IMG/VR virus record: IMGVR_UViG_3300022934_002729
Span: 4,870-68,869 of that record
Strand: one strand, 5' to 3'
Origin: a virus
DNA: 64,000 bases
Part shown: piece by piece, positions 19,249 to 29,385 of the stretch
How positions within the stretch are numbered: the first letter of the stretch is position 1
How the letters are laid out: every line of letters begins with the position of its first letter
Notes under the pieces: generated by a model
What the model was told of the DNA's origin: nothing
Databases searched by the model: none
The model's input: the letters and a program-made list of their open reading frames with translations, nothing else
Translations under genes and position numbers: made by a program

Positions 19249-20532
19249 AAACATCCAACGTACTGTAGTTTTCCTTTTGAAAGTATTGCGCCCAAAAGTT
19301 GGCAAGATGGCAAACCACATCGTGTGACTCCATGTTGTAATATGAAAGGCGATAGCGATGATCCAATGGGAGTTGCTGATCTTGTAGCCAGCGGTGCAAG
19401 TCTGCAAGAAATATTTTCAAGTGAACAGTTCCATCAATTGAGAAAAGATCTACTAAGTGGCATACGTAATAGTGCATGTGACTATTGCTGGAATATGGAA
19501 GCAAAAACCGATGCAAGTCCACGTTTAACTGCAATTTCACCACTAAAAATAAATCAAGTACAAGCAACTCCTAAGTTAAAAAAGATCGACACTATGGTAG
19601 ATGAAAACTGTAACCTACGTTGCAGAATGTGTGCACCTAGTGTTAGCAACAGCCTACGTCAAGACTATAATCGTATAGTTGAATTAGACTTACCTTTACC
19701 TGAGTATTATAACGCAAAACAAGAACAAAGTCAAGCAGACCCTAAGGGAACAAAAACATTTAATGCACCTGATGAAAAGTATATTGACGAAATTATTACA
19801 CTTAGTAATACACTAGAAGAATTAAAGTTTACAGGTGGCGAGCCAACAGTTAGCAGTACATTTTGGAATATTGTAAACAATATAGAACATCCTAACCGTA
19901 TTAAATTACATTTAACAACAAACGGAACTAAATTTAATCATTTATTCTTAGAAACTGCTAAAGTGTTTCGTGAAGTACATTTAACTATAAGTGTTGATGC
20001 TACTCGTAGTACATATGAATATATACGATATCCATTTAACTGGAGACAACTAGAAAAGAATATCGAGGATTTATGTGAAAAATTAGATCCAGCAACTACA
20101 ACTATACATATTTGTAGTGTCTTAACAGTTTATAATATGATTAACATACGCAACTTAGTAGATTGGATACATCAACATAACTGGAACAACCCTCATAAAA
20201 TTACTTGGAAGTGTATTCCAGATCCACATCCTGTAGATAGTTGTTTAGATGTAAAATGGGTTGATCCGGAACTAATAGAAACAGCATGGATGAATTTAAG
20301 TGTAGCACTAGAAGATGCAAACGATTATACTAGGCCCGGTTTGCAAAAAGTTTGCAAATACTTAACTTCGTGCATGGAAGCAGATTTAGACCCAGATTTA
20401 GTAAACAAAAAACGTCAACAACTTAAACGTGACACACTAACATTGGATACTGTGCGCAATCAAAACTATGAAGAAATACTATATCCGCAAATTGCAGAAT
20501 TTATTTCAAATATTCAAATGCCGGATGAATAG
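19246..20532 (+). CDS. Radical SAM protein with N-terminal twitch/SPASM-like domain (probable start ATG 19246)
   Basis: MKHPTYCSFPF...PCC...CDYC, CNLRCRMC, TGGEPT, TTNG, YIRYP. Confidence 0.92.
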   Translation: MKHPTYCSFPFESIAPKSWQDGKPHRVTPCCNMKGDSDDPMGVADLVASGASLQEIFSSEQFHQLRKDLLSGIRNSACDYCWNMEAKTDASPRLTAISPLKINQVQATPKLKKIDTMVDENCNLRCRMCAPSVSNSLRQDYNRIVELDLPLPEYYNAKQEQSQADPKGTKTFNAPDEKYIDEIITLSNTLEELKFTGGEPTVSSTFWNIVNNIEHPNRIKLHLTTNGTKFNHLFLETAKVFREVHLTISVDATRSTYEYIRYPFNWRQLEKNIEDLCEKLDPATTTIHICSVLTVYNMINIRNLVDWIHQHNWNNPHKITWKCIPDPHPVDSCLDVKWVDPELIETAWMNLSVALEDANDYTRPGLQKVCKYLTSCMEADLDPDLVNKKRQQLKRDTLTLDTVRNQNYEEILYPQIAEFISNIQMPDE

Positions 20533-21580
20533 TCCATGCATTAATATTTCGTAAGCGACTTACTACATTTATATAATTTACTAACGTATCGTGATAGTCG
20601 ATGTTATACTGTGACCGACTTGCCATATTTTCTAATTCTTGAAATCGATCAGTTAAATTAGGCCAAAGTGATTTACACGCATCGAGTTGGTGTAATGTAT
20701 AATCAATTGCAACAGGTGGCATAGCACGTAAACTAAAATGCTTAGGTTTTGTACATTCGTTGAAAACTATTTTTGTACGTGGCACACGTTCTCTAAATTC
20801 AGAGAACCATTCTGCCCAACTGCGAACTGTTAACATGTTAAATGGTTGTACAACAATGTTTACATTCATATCATCGCACAACTGTTCTTCTATTGCAGCA
20901 TCTATATTGTCTTGTATTGTACGCCAATCTGCAGGGTAACGTATAAACTCTAATATATCTCCTGTGGCATCTAAACTGAGTGTTACACACATACGTTTAA
21001 ATTTTGGTTTATATTTGCGTAAGAAAGGCAACATGCGAGTAGCATTTGTTGTGACCCAAAGTTCGGTCTCACTTGTATTTGTTAAACTGTCTAAGAATTC
21101 TATACACTTTGGATCAATTGTAGGTTCGCCGCCTGCTACTTTTAATACTCGTAAATTAGATAAGTCTACAGGAACATTTACTGTTGTGTTTTCAAACTCA
21201 CGTGGTGCATCTTTAAAGAACTTTTCCATCTCAGGATTATTGCGAACATAACTTTCAATTTTACTACTGTCTAATGGGCTACACATATTACATTGTAAGT
21301 TACAGTAATTGCTTGTACGTACATCAGCATATACTATACCATTGGATCCATAATTATCTCGGTATTGATCAAACTTTTCTCTAAGTGTAGTTTTATGTAA
21401 ACTTTGCTCTTGACATATTGCACAGTTTGGTATATAGTTGTCACTGGCTGAGATTTGTTCAGCAGGAATACTAGGATCATACTCCTCGGGTGCCCACGTC
21501 TGTTGATACTGACAGCAAGGCGCAATGCGATCTTGATTAGTTCTATAAAATATACCTATTTCTGGTGCACTGCACTTCAT
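20501..21580 (-). CDS. Radical SAM protein with short N-terminal twitch-like domain
   Basis: CSAP...PCC...CAIC, CNLQCNMC, AGGEPT, FIRYP. Confidence 0.92.
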   Translation of the reverse strand: MKCSAPEIGIFYRTNQDRIAPCCQYQQTWAPEEYDPSIPAEQISASDNYIPNCAICQEQSLHKTTLREKFDQYRDNYGSNGIVYADVRTSNYCNLQCNMCSPLDSSKIESYVRNNPEMEKFFKDAPREFENTTVNVPVDLSNLRVLKVAGGEPTIDPKCIEFLDSLTNTSETELWVTTNATRMLPFLRKYKPKFKRMCVTLSLDATGDILEFIRYPADWRTIQDNIDAAIEEQLCDDMNVNIVVQPFNMLTVRSWAEWFSEFRERVPRTKIVFNECTKPKHFSLRAMPPVAIDYTLHQLDACKSLWPNLTDRFQELENMASRSQYNIDYHDTLVNYINVVSRLRNINAWTIHPAFEYLK

Positions 21581-22227
21581 ATTAATCCTTCTGGTTGTAA
21601 AAACTCTTTTTCGATCCAGTCTGCTACAAGTGCACTACCGTCAACACCCAAGTGTCCAAAATCGTCGATTTGTAATTGCTCAAAATTTTCAATTATATTT
21701 TCAATACAAGGATAATCAATTGGATCTTCTGTACGCCATTTAAATGCAAAATCACATTGTGACGCTAATCTTTCTGCTACGCCTTGATAATTTATAACAT
21801 GGAATTCACCTGGAACTGTTTCATAATATTTTCTAATAAATGGAACTTTATTTTTACTATTACCAGGCCATCCAAATCTCGGTGTTCCTAACCATCCACT
21901 ACTTGAAAAATCACACAATAATTCTAGTTCATCACTATTCCAGAAAGTGTAATTTTCGCTGCGTTTAATGAAACAATGCTCAATACTATCCCATCCAGAT
22001 GGCCATAGCGTTAATCTAAAAGGACTTGTTAACTGTGCAATTACATAATCATATTCATCTATATTGTCTAAACAATATTGTGCCCATTGTATACTACTAC
22101 CGCCTTTGCTTAAATCTAAAAATTGTAAATGTTTATGTCGTTGACTTAATATCCAACTCCAACTATTTTCATAAGGCATAGTATGACCTTGTGTAAAACT
22201 ACACCCTAACGTTAGAATCTTTGTCAT
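21577..22227 (-). CDS. SGNH/GDSL-like hydrolase or acyltransferase
   Basis: LGCSFTQG (block I), SKGGSS, C-terminal DFGHLG (DxxH). Confidence 0.6.
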   Translation of the reverse strand: MTKILTLGCSFTQGHTMPYENSWSWILSQRHKHLQFLDLSKGGSSIQWAQYCLDNIDEYDYVIAQLTSPFRLTLWPSGWDSIEHCFIKRSENYTFWNSDELELLCDFSSSGWLGTPRFGWPGNSKNKVPFIRKYYETVPGEFHVINYQGVAERLASQCDFAFKWRTEDPIDYPCIENIIENFEQLQIDDFGHLGVDGSALVADWIEKEFLQPEGLI

Positions 22228-23302
22228 ATTTTATCTCATTATGATAAGCACGATTTTTAGCACAAGTTCTTATACAACGACTTACATGTAAGTTATGCCT
22301 TGGGTCAAAACTATCTGCTAGTGTTTGTTGATAATAGTCAGTGTTTAATATTTCTTCAATACTGTATTGATTTAAATTATTCCAATTATTTGGAAATACA
22401 CTATATTTGTCCATAATGCCATCTTTATTTTTAAATGCACTATCCCATAAAAAACAACAAGGCCAAAGTCTACTATCAGCACTTACAAAAATTTCTTTGT
22501 CATGATAATACTTGCAACTAATACTATTAACAATTTCTTCGATTTGTTCTTGACTTTTATTTTCTTGTTGTATAAATTTATCTAACTCTTTTACAACTTC
22601 TATTTTACTATGTGCTTTTGCTCCAGTAGTAGTAATAACTTTTTCTTCTGTTACAACTTTCTTCTGAGCATGGTCTTTCTTTTTTATTTTTGCAACCCAA
22701 TCATGAAAAGTATTACGCATTCCTGTTCTAGTAGCAAACCTAAAGTCTAATTCTTCAGCACGAGAACGTGCGGTTTCTAGTTCGTGTTCATTGTGATCAA
22801 ACACAATATAAATCCAACTTGCTTCTGCACGTGAACCTGTACTGTGTCCACCGTCGCTGTATGCTTGCATGTTGCGATCAATAATATCATATACTGTGTT
22901 TACACGATATATGTGATTTGTTTCTTTATGACCATCTACACAAAAATGCACTTTAAGTTGATCTCTATCGTGTTCACCACTTAACCGTCCTAGTTCATAC
23001 CACCAGTCTGCACTGTTACGACCACCATTGGTACTGTAGTGTACACGCCCGCCATGTGCTAGCAACCATTTGGTAATCTCCATACAATCTGGGTTTACTA
23101 TAGGATCTCCTAATACTCCGCATAGTTTAAATATTTTGTTTTCGATGTGAAGACGATCTGGAAACCATGTACGTATTTGATCTATGGTTAAATTTTTTGG
23201 CTGTAGTATATCTAAGTTTTGTGTTCGGGCGCAACCAGGACATGCTGCATTACAATCACTTGAAATTTCTAATTCTACTCGTTCAATATTCATTATGTGC
23301 AT
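22199..23302 (-). CDS. Radical SAM protein with C-terminal SPASM/twitch-like domain
   Basis: CNAACPGC, CGVLGDP, STNG, FDHNEHE, WPCC...CIRTC. Confidence 0.92.
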   Translation of the reverse strand: MHIMNIERVELEISSDCNAACPGCARTQNLDILQPKNLTIDQIRTWFPDRLHIENKIFKLCGVLGDPIVNPDCMEITKWLLAHGGRVHYSTNGGRNSADWWYELGRLSGEHDRDQLKVHFCVDGHKETNHIYRVNTVYDIIDRNMQAYSDGGHSTGSRAEASWIYIVFDHNEHELETARSRAEELDFRFATRTGMRNTFHDWVAKIKKKDHAQKKVVTEEKVITTTGAKAHSKIEVVKELDKFIQQENKSQEQIEEIVNSISCKYYHDKEIFVSADSRLWPCCFLWDSAFKNKDGIMDKYSVFPNNWNNLNQYSIEEILNTDYYQQTLADSFDPRHNLHVSRCIRTCAKNRAYHNEIKYDKDSNVRV

Positions 23303-23306
23303 ACTT

Positions 23307-23321
23307 TATTTATTATAAATA
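23307..23321. promoter_or_regulatory. Back-to-back ATAAATA motifs (divergent promoter)
   Basis: Minus: ATAAATA(23313-23307)-aagt-ATG(23302). Plus: (T)ATAAATA(23315-23321)-tatgc-ATG(23327). Confidence 0.65.
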
Positions 23322-23326
23322 TATGC

Positions 23327-24694
23327 ATGAGTATAAGACGAGACAGATTTCAGTGGCATAAACAAGTAACTGAAGAATTTGATTTACCAAATTTTTGTGC
23401 AAGCCCGTGGAACAGTTTACATGAAGGTCCGCAAGGATTAGTTAGTACATGTTGTAAAACACGAGAACCTATAGGTTGGAGTAGCAAACAATCATTTGAA
23501 AATATGTATAATAGTGAACATGCTAAAAGCGTCAGATCAGAGTTTTTACGTGGAGGTAGACCTGCGCAATGTGCAAGTTGTTGGGTACAAGAATCGAACG
23601 GTGAGCCTAGTTTAAACAGAGTTCACGGCAGTGATATGAGCAGTATGCCAATACTTAAAGAACTTGTAGAAAACACAGACGAAGATGGTACACTGAATAT
23701 ACACAAGCCTGAGTGGTTAGATCTGTTATGGACAAGTAAATGTAACTTTGCGTGTTTAGGATGCAGTCCAGAACTTAGTAGTACTATTAATAACAAATAT
23801 AAAAATGAATTTGCAATACTAAACGGCGAAGATCCTAAAAATTATCACAGTAATATGACCAACTGGGATAACGGAACACAACACAAATTAGATTATGTAT
23901 TACGGCATTCAGATACTATCCGAAGTATACACTTAAATGGTGGCGAGCCATGGATGGCAGAAGAAACATATGAACTATTAGAAGAACTACTAAAACGAGG
24001 ACTACATAAAACAATACAAATATGGAGTCATACAAACGGCAGCATTACAAGAAGTTACAAAGGAAAAGATATTATATCAGATTATCTTGTGCACTGGGGA
24101 GATAATTGTAAAGTTACCATGAGCAATGATGGATTTGGTAGTGTCGGTGAATATGTTCGTTATGGATACAAAGATAAGAAATGGTTAGAAACATATCATA
24201 AAGTTAGAGATGCGGGTGTAAACTTAGGAATACAAACTTGTTGGAATATGTTTAATGCTTTAAACTTAGATGAACTAGGAGAGTGGATTATGGATAACTG
24301 TCCTGGTAACCCACGCCTTCCGTCACCATATAATTTAGCAGATGGTAGTTTAACTATTTGGAATAACAGAACAACACAACCTTGTATGTTAAACTATATA
24401 CCAGAACTGCAGCAACGTAGCATTGCTGTACTACAAAAACTCGAAAAAAGTAAAGTACATCCGTATAGTTGGAGAGAGTATATACCACGGTGGATAAAAT
24501 GGCAGCAACAAGATCTTAGTAAGTACAAAGCAGATAATTATAAAAATTTACTAAGTTGGAAACGTGGTATAGATGCAATGGACCTTGCTCGTGGAACGGA
24601 TTTGTGCACAAGCGTTCCGTTGCTAACTCCGTTATATGAATATGCTACTGAAATTGAGCGCCAAATGGATCAAACTCAGATCCACACTTCATAG
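23327..24694 (+). CDS. Radical SAM protein with N-terminal twitch/SPASM-like domain (probable start ATG 23327)
   Basis: CASPW...TCC...CASC, CNFACLGC, NGGEP, HTNG, YVRY. Confidence 0.92.
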   Translation: MSIRRDRFQWHKQVTEEFDLPNFCASPWNSLHEGPQGLVSTCCKTREPIGWSSKQSFENMYNSEHAKSVRSEFLRGGRPAQCASCWVQESNGEPSLNRVHGSDMSSMPILKELVENTDEDGTLNIHKPEWLDLLWTSKCNFACLGCSPELSSTINNKYKNEFAILNGEDPKNYHSNMTNWDNGTQHKLDYVLRHSDTIRSIHLNGGEPWMAEETYELLEELLKRGLHKTIQIWSHTNGSITRSYKGKDIISDYLVHWGDNCKVTMSNDGFGSVGEYVRYGYKDKKWLETYHKVRDAGVNLGIQTCWNMFNALNLDELGEWIMDNCPGNPRLPSPYNLADGSLTIWNNRTTQPCMLNYIPELQQRSIAVLQKLEKSKVHPYSWREYIPRWIKWQQQDLSKYKADNYKNLLSWKRGIDAMDLARGTDLCTSVPLLTPLYEYATEIERQMDQTQIHTS

Positions 24695-25730
24695 CACAAA
24701 CGCCTAATTTTCCGTTTTCTACACTGTCTAGTTTCCAACTGTCTTCTATACTTTGTAATATGCCGCTATTAAATACATCTTCTAATCTATTTTCAAGTGC
24801 ACTAATTCCTAGTTTACCTCCGGCACGATCAATATGATCCCATATTTGTTCTACACGGTAATCTTTATGCCACCATTTGTACATACGTCCAGCAGTCCAA
24901 CAACAAGGCATCAATAATCCTTCTGCTGTAATAAAAATATTACGTTCTTCGGCTACTTTACATTTAATACTACAACTATCATAGTAGTCACGCATACTTC
25001 CGTAAGACTTTTCAATTTCTTTTTGTTTTAGCAATGCTAAGTTTTGATTTTCAACTTTAGTTGGTTTAGCAATTGCTTGTGTTTGTTCACCTTTTCTATT
25101 ACGTGCTTGATGTATATCTTTTTGTTGGCTACTTGCTGTAAAGAATCGTGCACTTTTTTTCTTTTGGAAACGCTCAACACCCCATTCTGCTGCTAGTTCT
25201 TCTGCACGTTCAACTTGATGTTCGTTATGTCCAAACACAATGTAGTCCCAACGTGCTCTACCGCCAGCATCTATAAATGCTCGCATGTTACGTTCTACGT
25301 TAGCCCAGACAACATTCTGCCTGTATAAATGATTAGTGTCACTAAGACCATCCACGCTAAAAATAACAGTACCCATTCTACCGTAGACTTGGGCAAGTTC
25401 ACGCCACCACGTTTCATCTTTTGCTCCTGCGTTTGTATTCATGCTTAACCACATTGTGGGGTTGTGTTCTCTAAAATAACGGAATACTTCTAGTGTATCT
25501 CGTGCAACAATAGGATCACCTAAGTTGCCACACATGTACATTGTTTTTAATTGTGCAATAAACTCTGGTTCAAATATATGTTTACAATCTTCTAAACTTA
25601 ATTCAGCATTGGTAATATGACGATTGTCAGGACCACCGTTTTCATTGCGATCACACATAGGACATGCTGCTTGACATCGTTGCGTAATTTCTAAATGCAC
25701 TGTAGTTATGTCTTTGTAGTTATACATCAA
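24645..25730 (-). CDS. Radical SAM protein with C-terminal SPASM/twitch-like domain
   Basis: CQAACPMC, CGNLGDP, NTNA, FGHNEHQ, MPCC...CAMKC. Confidence 0.92.
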   Translation of the reverse strand: MMYNYKDITTVHLEITQRCQAACPMCDRNENGGPDNRHITNAELSLEDCKHIFEPEFIAQLKTMYMCGNLGDPIVARDTLEVFRYFREHNPTMWLSMNTNAGAKDETWWRELAQVYGRMGTVIFSVDGLSDTNHLYRQNVVWANVERNMRAFIDAGGRARWDYIVFGHNEHQVERAEELAAEWGVERFQKKKSARFFTASSQQKDIHQARNRKGEQTQAIAKPTKVENQNLALLKQKEIEKSYGSMRDYYDSCSIKCKVAEERNIFITAEGLLMPCCWTAGRMYKWWHKDYRVEQIWDHIDRAGGKLGISALENRLEDVFNSGILQSIEDSWKLDSVENGKLGVCAMKCGSEFDPFGAQFQ

Positions 25731-25951
25731 TCATCCATTATTAATTTAATATCTTTACCTGGACCGTAACGACTAGGCAAATCTCCATATTCTTCAACAT
25801 ACCATTCGATAACTGCTTTGTACCATAAATGACTATTATGGTGTGCAAGTTTATTAAACTTGTAAATGTTATTGTTAGTGGCTTGCATAGTGCTCAATGC
25901 ACGTGCTGCTTCTTTTTGCAGTTCTCTTACTGATAAATCATTTATATCCAA
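25727..25951 (-). CDS. Small hypothetical protein (74 aa)
   Basis: ATG-start ORF overlapping both co-oriented neighbours. Confidence 0.7.
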   Translation of the reverse strand: MDINDLSVRELQKEAARALSTMQATNNNIYKFNKLAHHNSHLWYKAVIEWYVEEYGDLPSRYGPGKDIKLIMDD

Positions 25952-27071
25952 TTAACATAAACCTCGTATATTTTGGTAGTTTTAATTCGCCACTGTATAA
26001 CAGTTGACTCATAGGAGCCATTTTTTTAAACTCTTGTACGTTACTTACACAATTTACATGCTCGTCAATTTCATAATAATTATTACTTTGTAATACTACT
26101 AATTTACCTTTAGGTATTTTAGCATACCAATCTTTAAAATTTTCTATATGCTCGCAACTTGTGTTGATAATTGTAGTCGGTATATCATGTATCGGTTTGC
26201 TCATCCTGTTGTTAGCATTACTCCAACACTGCCAAGTATGCTCATTATAATCAACATCTATAATATCTTGCGTAATACTTTTAAATTTCCAACTATCAAC
26301 AAACCAAGGCTTATTAAATGTTTCTGCAATATCTACACAACTTGGATCAATATCAAACGATCTAACTTTATCCAACTTAATATTACTCTCAAATAACATA
26401 GTTGCTAGTGTAGCATACCAACCTGCACACAAATATACTGTGCCTAACTCTACGTTTGCTTTTTTAAGTTCTTGTATCAGCCACAGTTTACTTTGTAATT
26501 GTCCTCTACTAAAACAATCTTTGTCTATTTCTATATCGTTGACGAAGAAACTTTTGAATGCTGTTGTGAACTGTGTGTCTATATAACCTTCTAGTATTGG
26601 CCAAAGTTTCCATTCGTTTTCTTCTGTTATTAATTTACGCAAATTATCATTTCCGATTAATCTAAAAATACTGCGCAAATTTTTATTAACAATTGCAGTT
26701 CGGTATGTGTTTACAACTTCGTCATCTTCTGGAAATAATCTGAATAGACTATATAAATTATTTTCAACAACTGCTCTACGAAGGTCATCACTGTGCCCAG
26801 AAACAGGATATTCTTCCATCAATCTAAAAATACTATGTAAATTTTCTTCAATAACTGCCTTGCGTATTTCTTCGTACTCATCAGTTTCGCCACACAATCT
26901 GAATATGCTACTCAAATCACGATCAATGACTGCTCTACGTAGGTCAGCAAGTTCGTCTATTTCTGGATATAGTAATTCATATCTATCCAGAAGTTCGTGT
27001 ATTAGCAGTGTTGGCTTGTCAACTGTAGTTTCTTCAACAATGTCTGGCATATCAACTCGTATTAGTTTCAA
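25938..27071 (-). CDS. Methyltransferase-like protein with N-terminal tandem helical repeats
   Basis: C-terminal LCAGWYA / SFDIDP / INTSCEH Rossmann-like motifs; N-terminal (L/I)R.AV...NL.S(I/L)FRL repeats. Confidence 0.65.
   Translation of the reverse strand: MKLIRVDMPDIVEETTVDKPTLLIHELLDRYELLYPEIDELADLRRAVIDRDLSSIFRLCGETDEYEEIRKAVIEENLHSIFRLMEEYPVSGHSDDLRRAVVENNLYSLFRLFPEDDEVVNTYRTAIVNKNLRSIFRLIGNDNLRKLITEENEWKLWPILEGYIDTQFTTAFKSFFVNDIEIDKDCFSRGQLQSKLWLIQELKKANVELGTVYLCAGWYATLATMLFESNIKLDKVRSFDIDPSCVDIAETFNKPWFVDSWKFKSITQDIIDVDYNEHTWQCWSNANNRMSKPIHDIPTTIINTSCEHIENFKDWYAKIPKGKLVVLQSNNYYEIDEHVNCVSNVQEFKKMAPMSQLLYSGELKLPKYTRFMLIGYK
26620..26950 (-). repeat. Four to five coding tandem repeats of about 23-27 aa
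   Basis: LRRAVIDRDLSSIFRL, IRKAVIEENLHSIFRL, LRRAVVENNLYSLFRL, YRTAIVNKNLRSIFRL, LRKLITEEN; coordinates approximate. Confidence 0.8.
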
Positions 27072-27784
27072 GTATCTTCCTCTAATGATAATTCAAACTG
27101 TTCACGTAACCAGTCAAAGTCATTTATAAGTTTTAATACTTTATCATTTTTACGATAATGTGTTCCAAAATCACGTCCTTGATTTGCACCCATAATAGCA
27201 TACTCGCCATATTTTTTATTTTTTCCTCGAGTGCACCAAATATCTAATCTGTATTGATTATCAATGTTATCTCCATTTGGAATAATACTACTCGCAAGTT
27301 TTGTACATTCTCTAAATGCACTTTTCCATGAATCAAATGGACTAGTATTGAATGCTGTAATATTACTAATACCAAATTGAGGTACAAAAGGACAACCCAA
27401 ACTTGTACTCATATCAACGTTCCATGTACGTGCTTCTAACAATTGCTTACGTGGAAATAATTTAACACCACCGTATCCGTAAAGTAAGTCATTTACCGGA
27501 TTACGACTGCGCCAAGTATATATGCAGTCTGTCTGTGGAAAGTGTCCATATTCTAATTTTGTACTTTTTGGTGTAAATTCAAAATTAAAAGTTTCTTCTA
27601 TAATTGCATCTGCATCAACTACATAAAAATTGTTTGTTTCGGCAATTGTTGCAGCCGCCTGATGTGCTTTTAAAATGCCTTTTACTCCCTCAACACGCTT
27701 TGCATGGGGAGCAAACATTTTTAGTATTTCAAAATGATCATCTGCGGTTTCTTCGTAATAACTAATTTGAACAACATCTAACAT
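27068..27784 (-). CDS. Glycosyltransferase (GT-A)-like protein
   Basis: ISYYE, AHQAAA, VVDADA (DxD), LLYGYGGVK, AFRECTKL; paralog of 47647..48645. Confidence 0.65.
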   Translation of the reverse strand: MLDVVQISYYEETADDHFEILKMFAPHAKRVEGVKGILKAHQAAATIAETNNFYVVDADAIIEETFNFEFTPKSTKLEYGHFPQTDCIYTWRSRNPVNDLLYGYGGVKLFPRKQLLEARTWNVDMSTSLGCPFVPQFGISNITAFNTSPFDSWKSAFRECTKLASSIIPNGDNIDNQYRLDIWCTRGKNKKYGEYAIMGANQGRDFGTHYRKNDKVLKLINDFDWLREQFELSLEEDT

Positions 27785-27787
27785 TTT

Positions 27788-27904
27788 TTACTCATATATA
27801 AAAGGATCTTTCTTTTTTAGTTCTTCTAAACGTTTTTTAAATTGTTTTTTTCGTTTATACCATGTCCATGGCCATAGTATAAAATTTTTTATTCTGGTAA
27901 ACAT
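27788..27904 (-). CDS. Small basic peptide (38 aa; not in ORF track)
   Basis: Read manually: MFTRIKNFILWPWTWYKRKKQFKKRLEELKKKDPFIYE*; fills the gap after the carbamoyltransferase. Confidence 0.65.
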   Translation of the reverse strand: MFTRIKNFILWPWTWYKRKKQFKKRLEELKKKDPFIYE

Positions 27905-29385
27905 ATTTTAACTCCGTATTTTTCGCTCCATCTTTCAGCATCTGTACGAGTATTTACAAGGGGTTCGCCTTTAATGTTTAAACTTGTATTAAGCAACATA
28001 GGGCATCCAGTTTCTTCGTACCAACGTTCTAGTAACTTTCTAAATCCAGGATTATCTCTTTGATTAACAGTCTGCACACGACTACTTCCGTCATAGTGTA
28101 TAATAGCAGGAAATTTTTCAGTATCTTTACACCATGCTGTGTATTGCATATATGGACCTGTGTGTCCGTCAAAATAATCACTTGCATATTCTTCTAGTAT
28201 TGCAGGCGCAAACGGTCTAAAAGCTTCACGTTGTTTAATACTATTAACCAAATCTTTTACATCGTCGCCTCGAGGATCAGCAAGAATACTACGATTTCCT
28301 AATGCTCTTGGTCCAAACTCTGCTCTGCCTGCTGCTACTGCAGTAATTCTGTTTTCTTTAAGTTCATTTATAATTTGATCAACTGGATAATTGCCGTCAA
28401 TATTATGTCCAAGGTATGCACCCGGCCATCTTACGTGCTGATCCCAATGTGCTAGCGGAGCACCAATTGCGCTACCTGCATCTCCCGGGTTAGGCATAAT
28501 CCATACTTGACTAAAGTTTTTATATGCAATACTATTTGCTTTACAATTAAGTGCACATCCACCCATTACAACAATATTTCGTGTCTTAGGTAATAATTTT
28601 GCTGTGTAACGTACTAATCCTTGAAATATTTCTTCGTAAATCCGTTGTGTGGCTGCAGCAATATCTGCATAGTCTTGTGGAGTTCTTAAATCTGTTGCCC
28701 AGTCTAAACATCCACGGTGACAATTTTGTTTAAAAATAACGTTACCATCATCTATAGTAGGCATTTTTTTAATAAAATCTCGTTTAATTCTTTTATACAA
28801 TCTTTCTTTATCGCCAATTGCTGCCATACCCATGAGAATATATTCATGTTCCTGTGGCTTTAATCCAATTCGTTGTGTCATTGCACTGTACCAGATACCA
28901 ATACTGTTTGGATAATTTTGTTTATGTATACGTTTTAAATTATTATCCTCACCATGCCATATACTAATTGTTTCCCATTCTCCGATACTGTCAACAACTA
29001 AAATTGCAGCATCGCTAAAAGGACTAGTATAAAAACCAGCAGCGGCATGACTACGATGGTGTGCTGTTGGTATACTTTTAGGAGCATCTGGATAAAATGA
29101 TCTCATGTGTGATGTTGGCGATTGTTTTGTTAGCAATGAATATTGTTTAGCGTAAAGTTGTCTTGTTTTTTTCAAAAATGTATTTTCATAAAAATACACT
29201 TTTTCTGGTTTGCCAAACTCTAAGGCTTCGTTAATTAAATCATGGTGTAAGTTTTTATCATTTTTGATACGACTATAACGTTCACTGTGTGAAGCAAATA
29301 CTAATCTTTTGTTTACATATACTGCTAGACTAGCATCGTGACTCATACCTGTCCACCCCCAAACAACTTTATTAGTTTTTGTCAT
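27889..29385 (-). CDS. Carbamoyltransferase, CmcH/NodU/TobZ family
   Basis: HDAS, ERYSRIKND, HHRSHAA, VDSIGE, GGCALNC, GDAG, EFGPRALGNRS, FRPFAP, LNTSLN. Confidence 0.95.
   Translation of the reverse strand: MTKTNKVVWGWTGMSHDASLAVYVNKRLVFASHSERYSRIKNDKNLHHDLINEALEFGKPEKVYFYENTFLKKTRQLYAKQYSLLTKQSPTSHMRSFYPDAPKSIPTAHHRSHAAAGFYTSPFSDAAILVVDSIGEWETISIWHGEDNNLKRIHKQNYPNSIGIWYSAMTQRIGLKPQEHEYILMGMAAIGDKERLYKRIKRDFIKKMPTIDDGNVIFKQNCHRGCLDWATDLRTPQDYADIAAATQRIYEEIFQGLVRYTAKLLPKTRNIVVMGGCALNCKANSIAYKNFSQVWIMPNPGDAGSAIGAPLAHWDQHVRWPGAYLGHNIDGNYPVDQIINELKENRITAVAAGRAEFGPRALGNRSILADPRGDDVKDLVNSIKQREAFRPFAPAILEEYASDYFDGHTGPYMQYTAWCKDTEKFPAIIHYDGSSRVQTVNQRDNPGFRKLLERWYEETGCPMLLNTSLNIKGEPLVNTRTDAERWSEKYGVKICLPE

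Noticed and set aside
12160-25730. Calling the radical SAMs MoaA, PqqE, NirJ or anSME
   Set aside because: None of the partner genes (moaC, pqqA-D, heme d1 genes, sulfatases) is present, and the motifs differ.
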